Positions 48,652 through 48,682 of a stretch of DNA of 48,682 bases are shown here, one piece after another. How positions within the stretch are numbered: position 1 is the first letter of the stretch; every line of letters begins with the position of its first letter. Under the pieces are notes generated by a model, which was not told where the DNA came from, ran no database searches, and worked only from the letters and a program-made list of their open reading frames with translations. Location: the NCBI RefSeq assembly GCF_001194135.2, contig NC_068990.1, forward strand, positions 36,658,593 through 36,707,274, read 5' to 3'. The position numbers and the translations under genes are program-made. Source of the DNA: Octopus bimaculoides. Lineage: Eukaryota.

Positions 48652-48682
<31 letters not shown>

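Overview
AT-rich, microsatellite-dense eukaryotic DNA with several N gaps, most likely an Octopus (coleoid cephalopod) intronic or intergenic window. That assignment rests on my recognition of the SINE/LINE families and should be confirmed by BLAST. I find no intact protein-coding gene, rRNA, genuine tRNA gene or CRISPR array, and most supplied ORFs are artefacts of microsatellites or gaps. The window is a graveyard of mobile elements: three tRNA-derived SINE families, RTE, CR1/L2-like and R4/Dong LINE fragments, two mariner relics, hAT MITEs, foldback elements and many Penelope-like element (PLE) pieces. The PLE pieces include a near full-length decayed YRDD-type PLE (16.6-20.1 kb, minus) and a Poseidon-type GIY-YIG 3' end (27.4-28.3 kb). 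The most notable signal is a set of type I hammerhead ribozyme (HHR) motifs that can be folded by hand. Two complete HHRs lie back-to-back on opposite strands inside an ORF-less ~520-bp inverted repeat (42.7-43.2 kb). A minimal HHR follows a tRNA-like Pol III head (28.0-28.2 kb), and several decayed HHRs occur elsewhere. CpG decay in same-subfamily SINEs suggests a methylated domain on the left and a CpG-retaining region from ~42 kb that begins at a promoter-like motif cluster.
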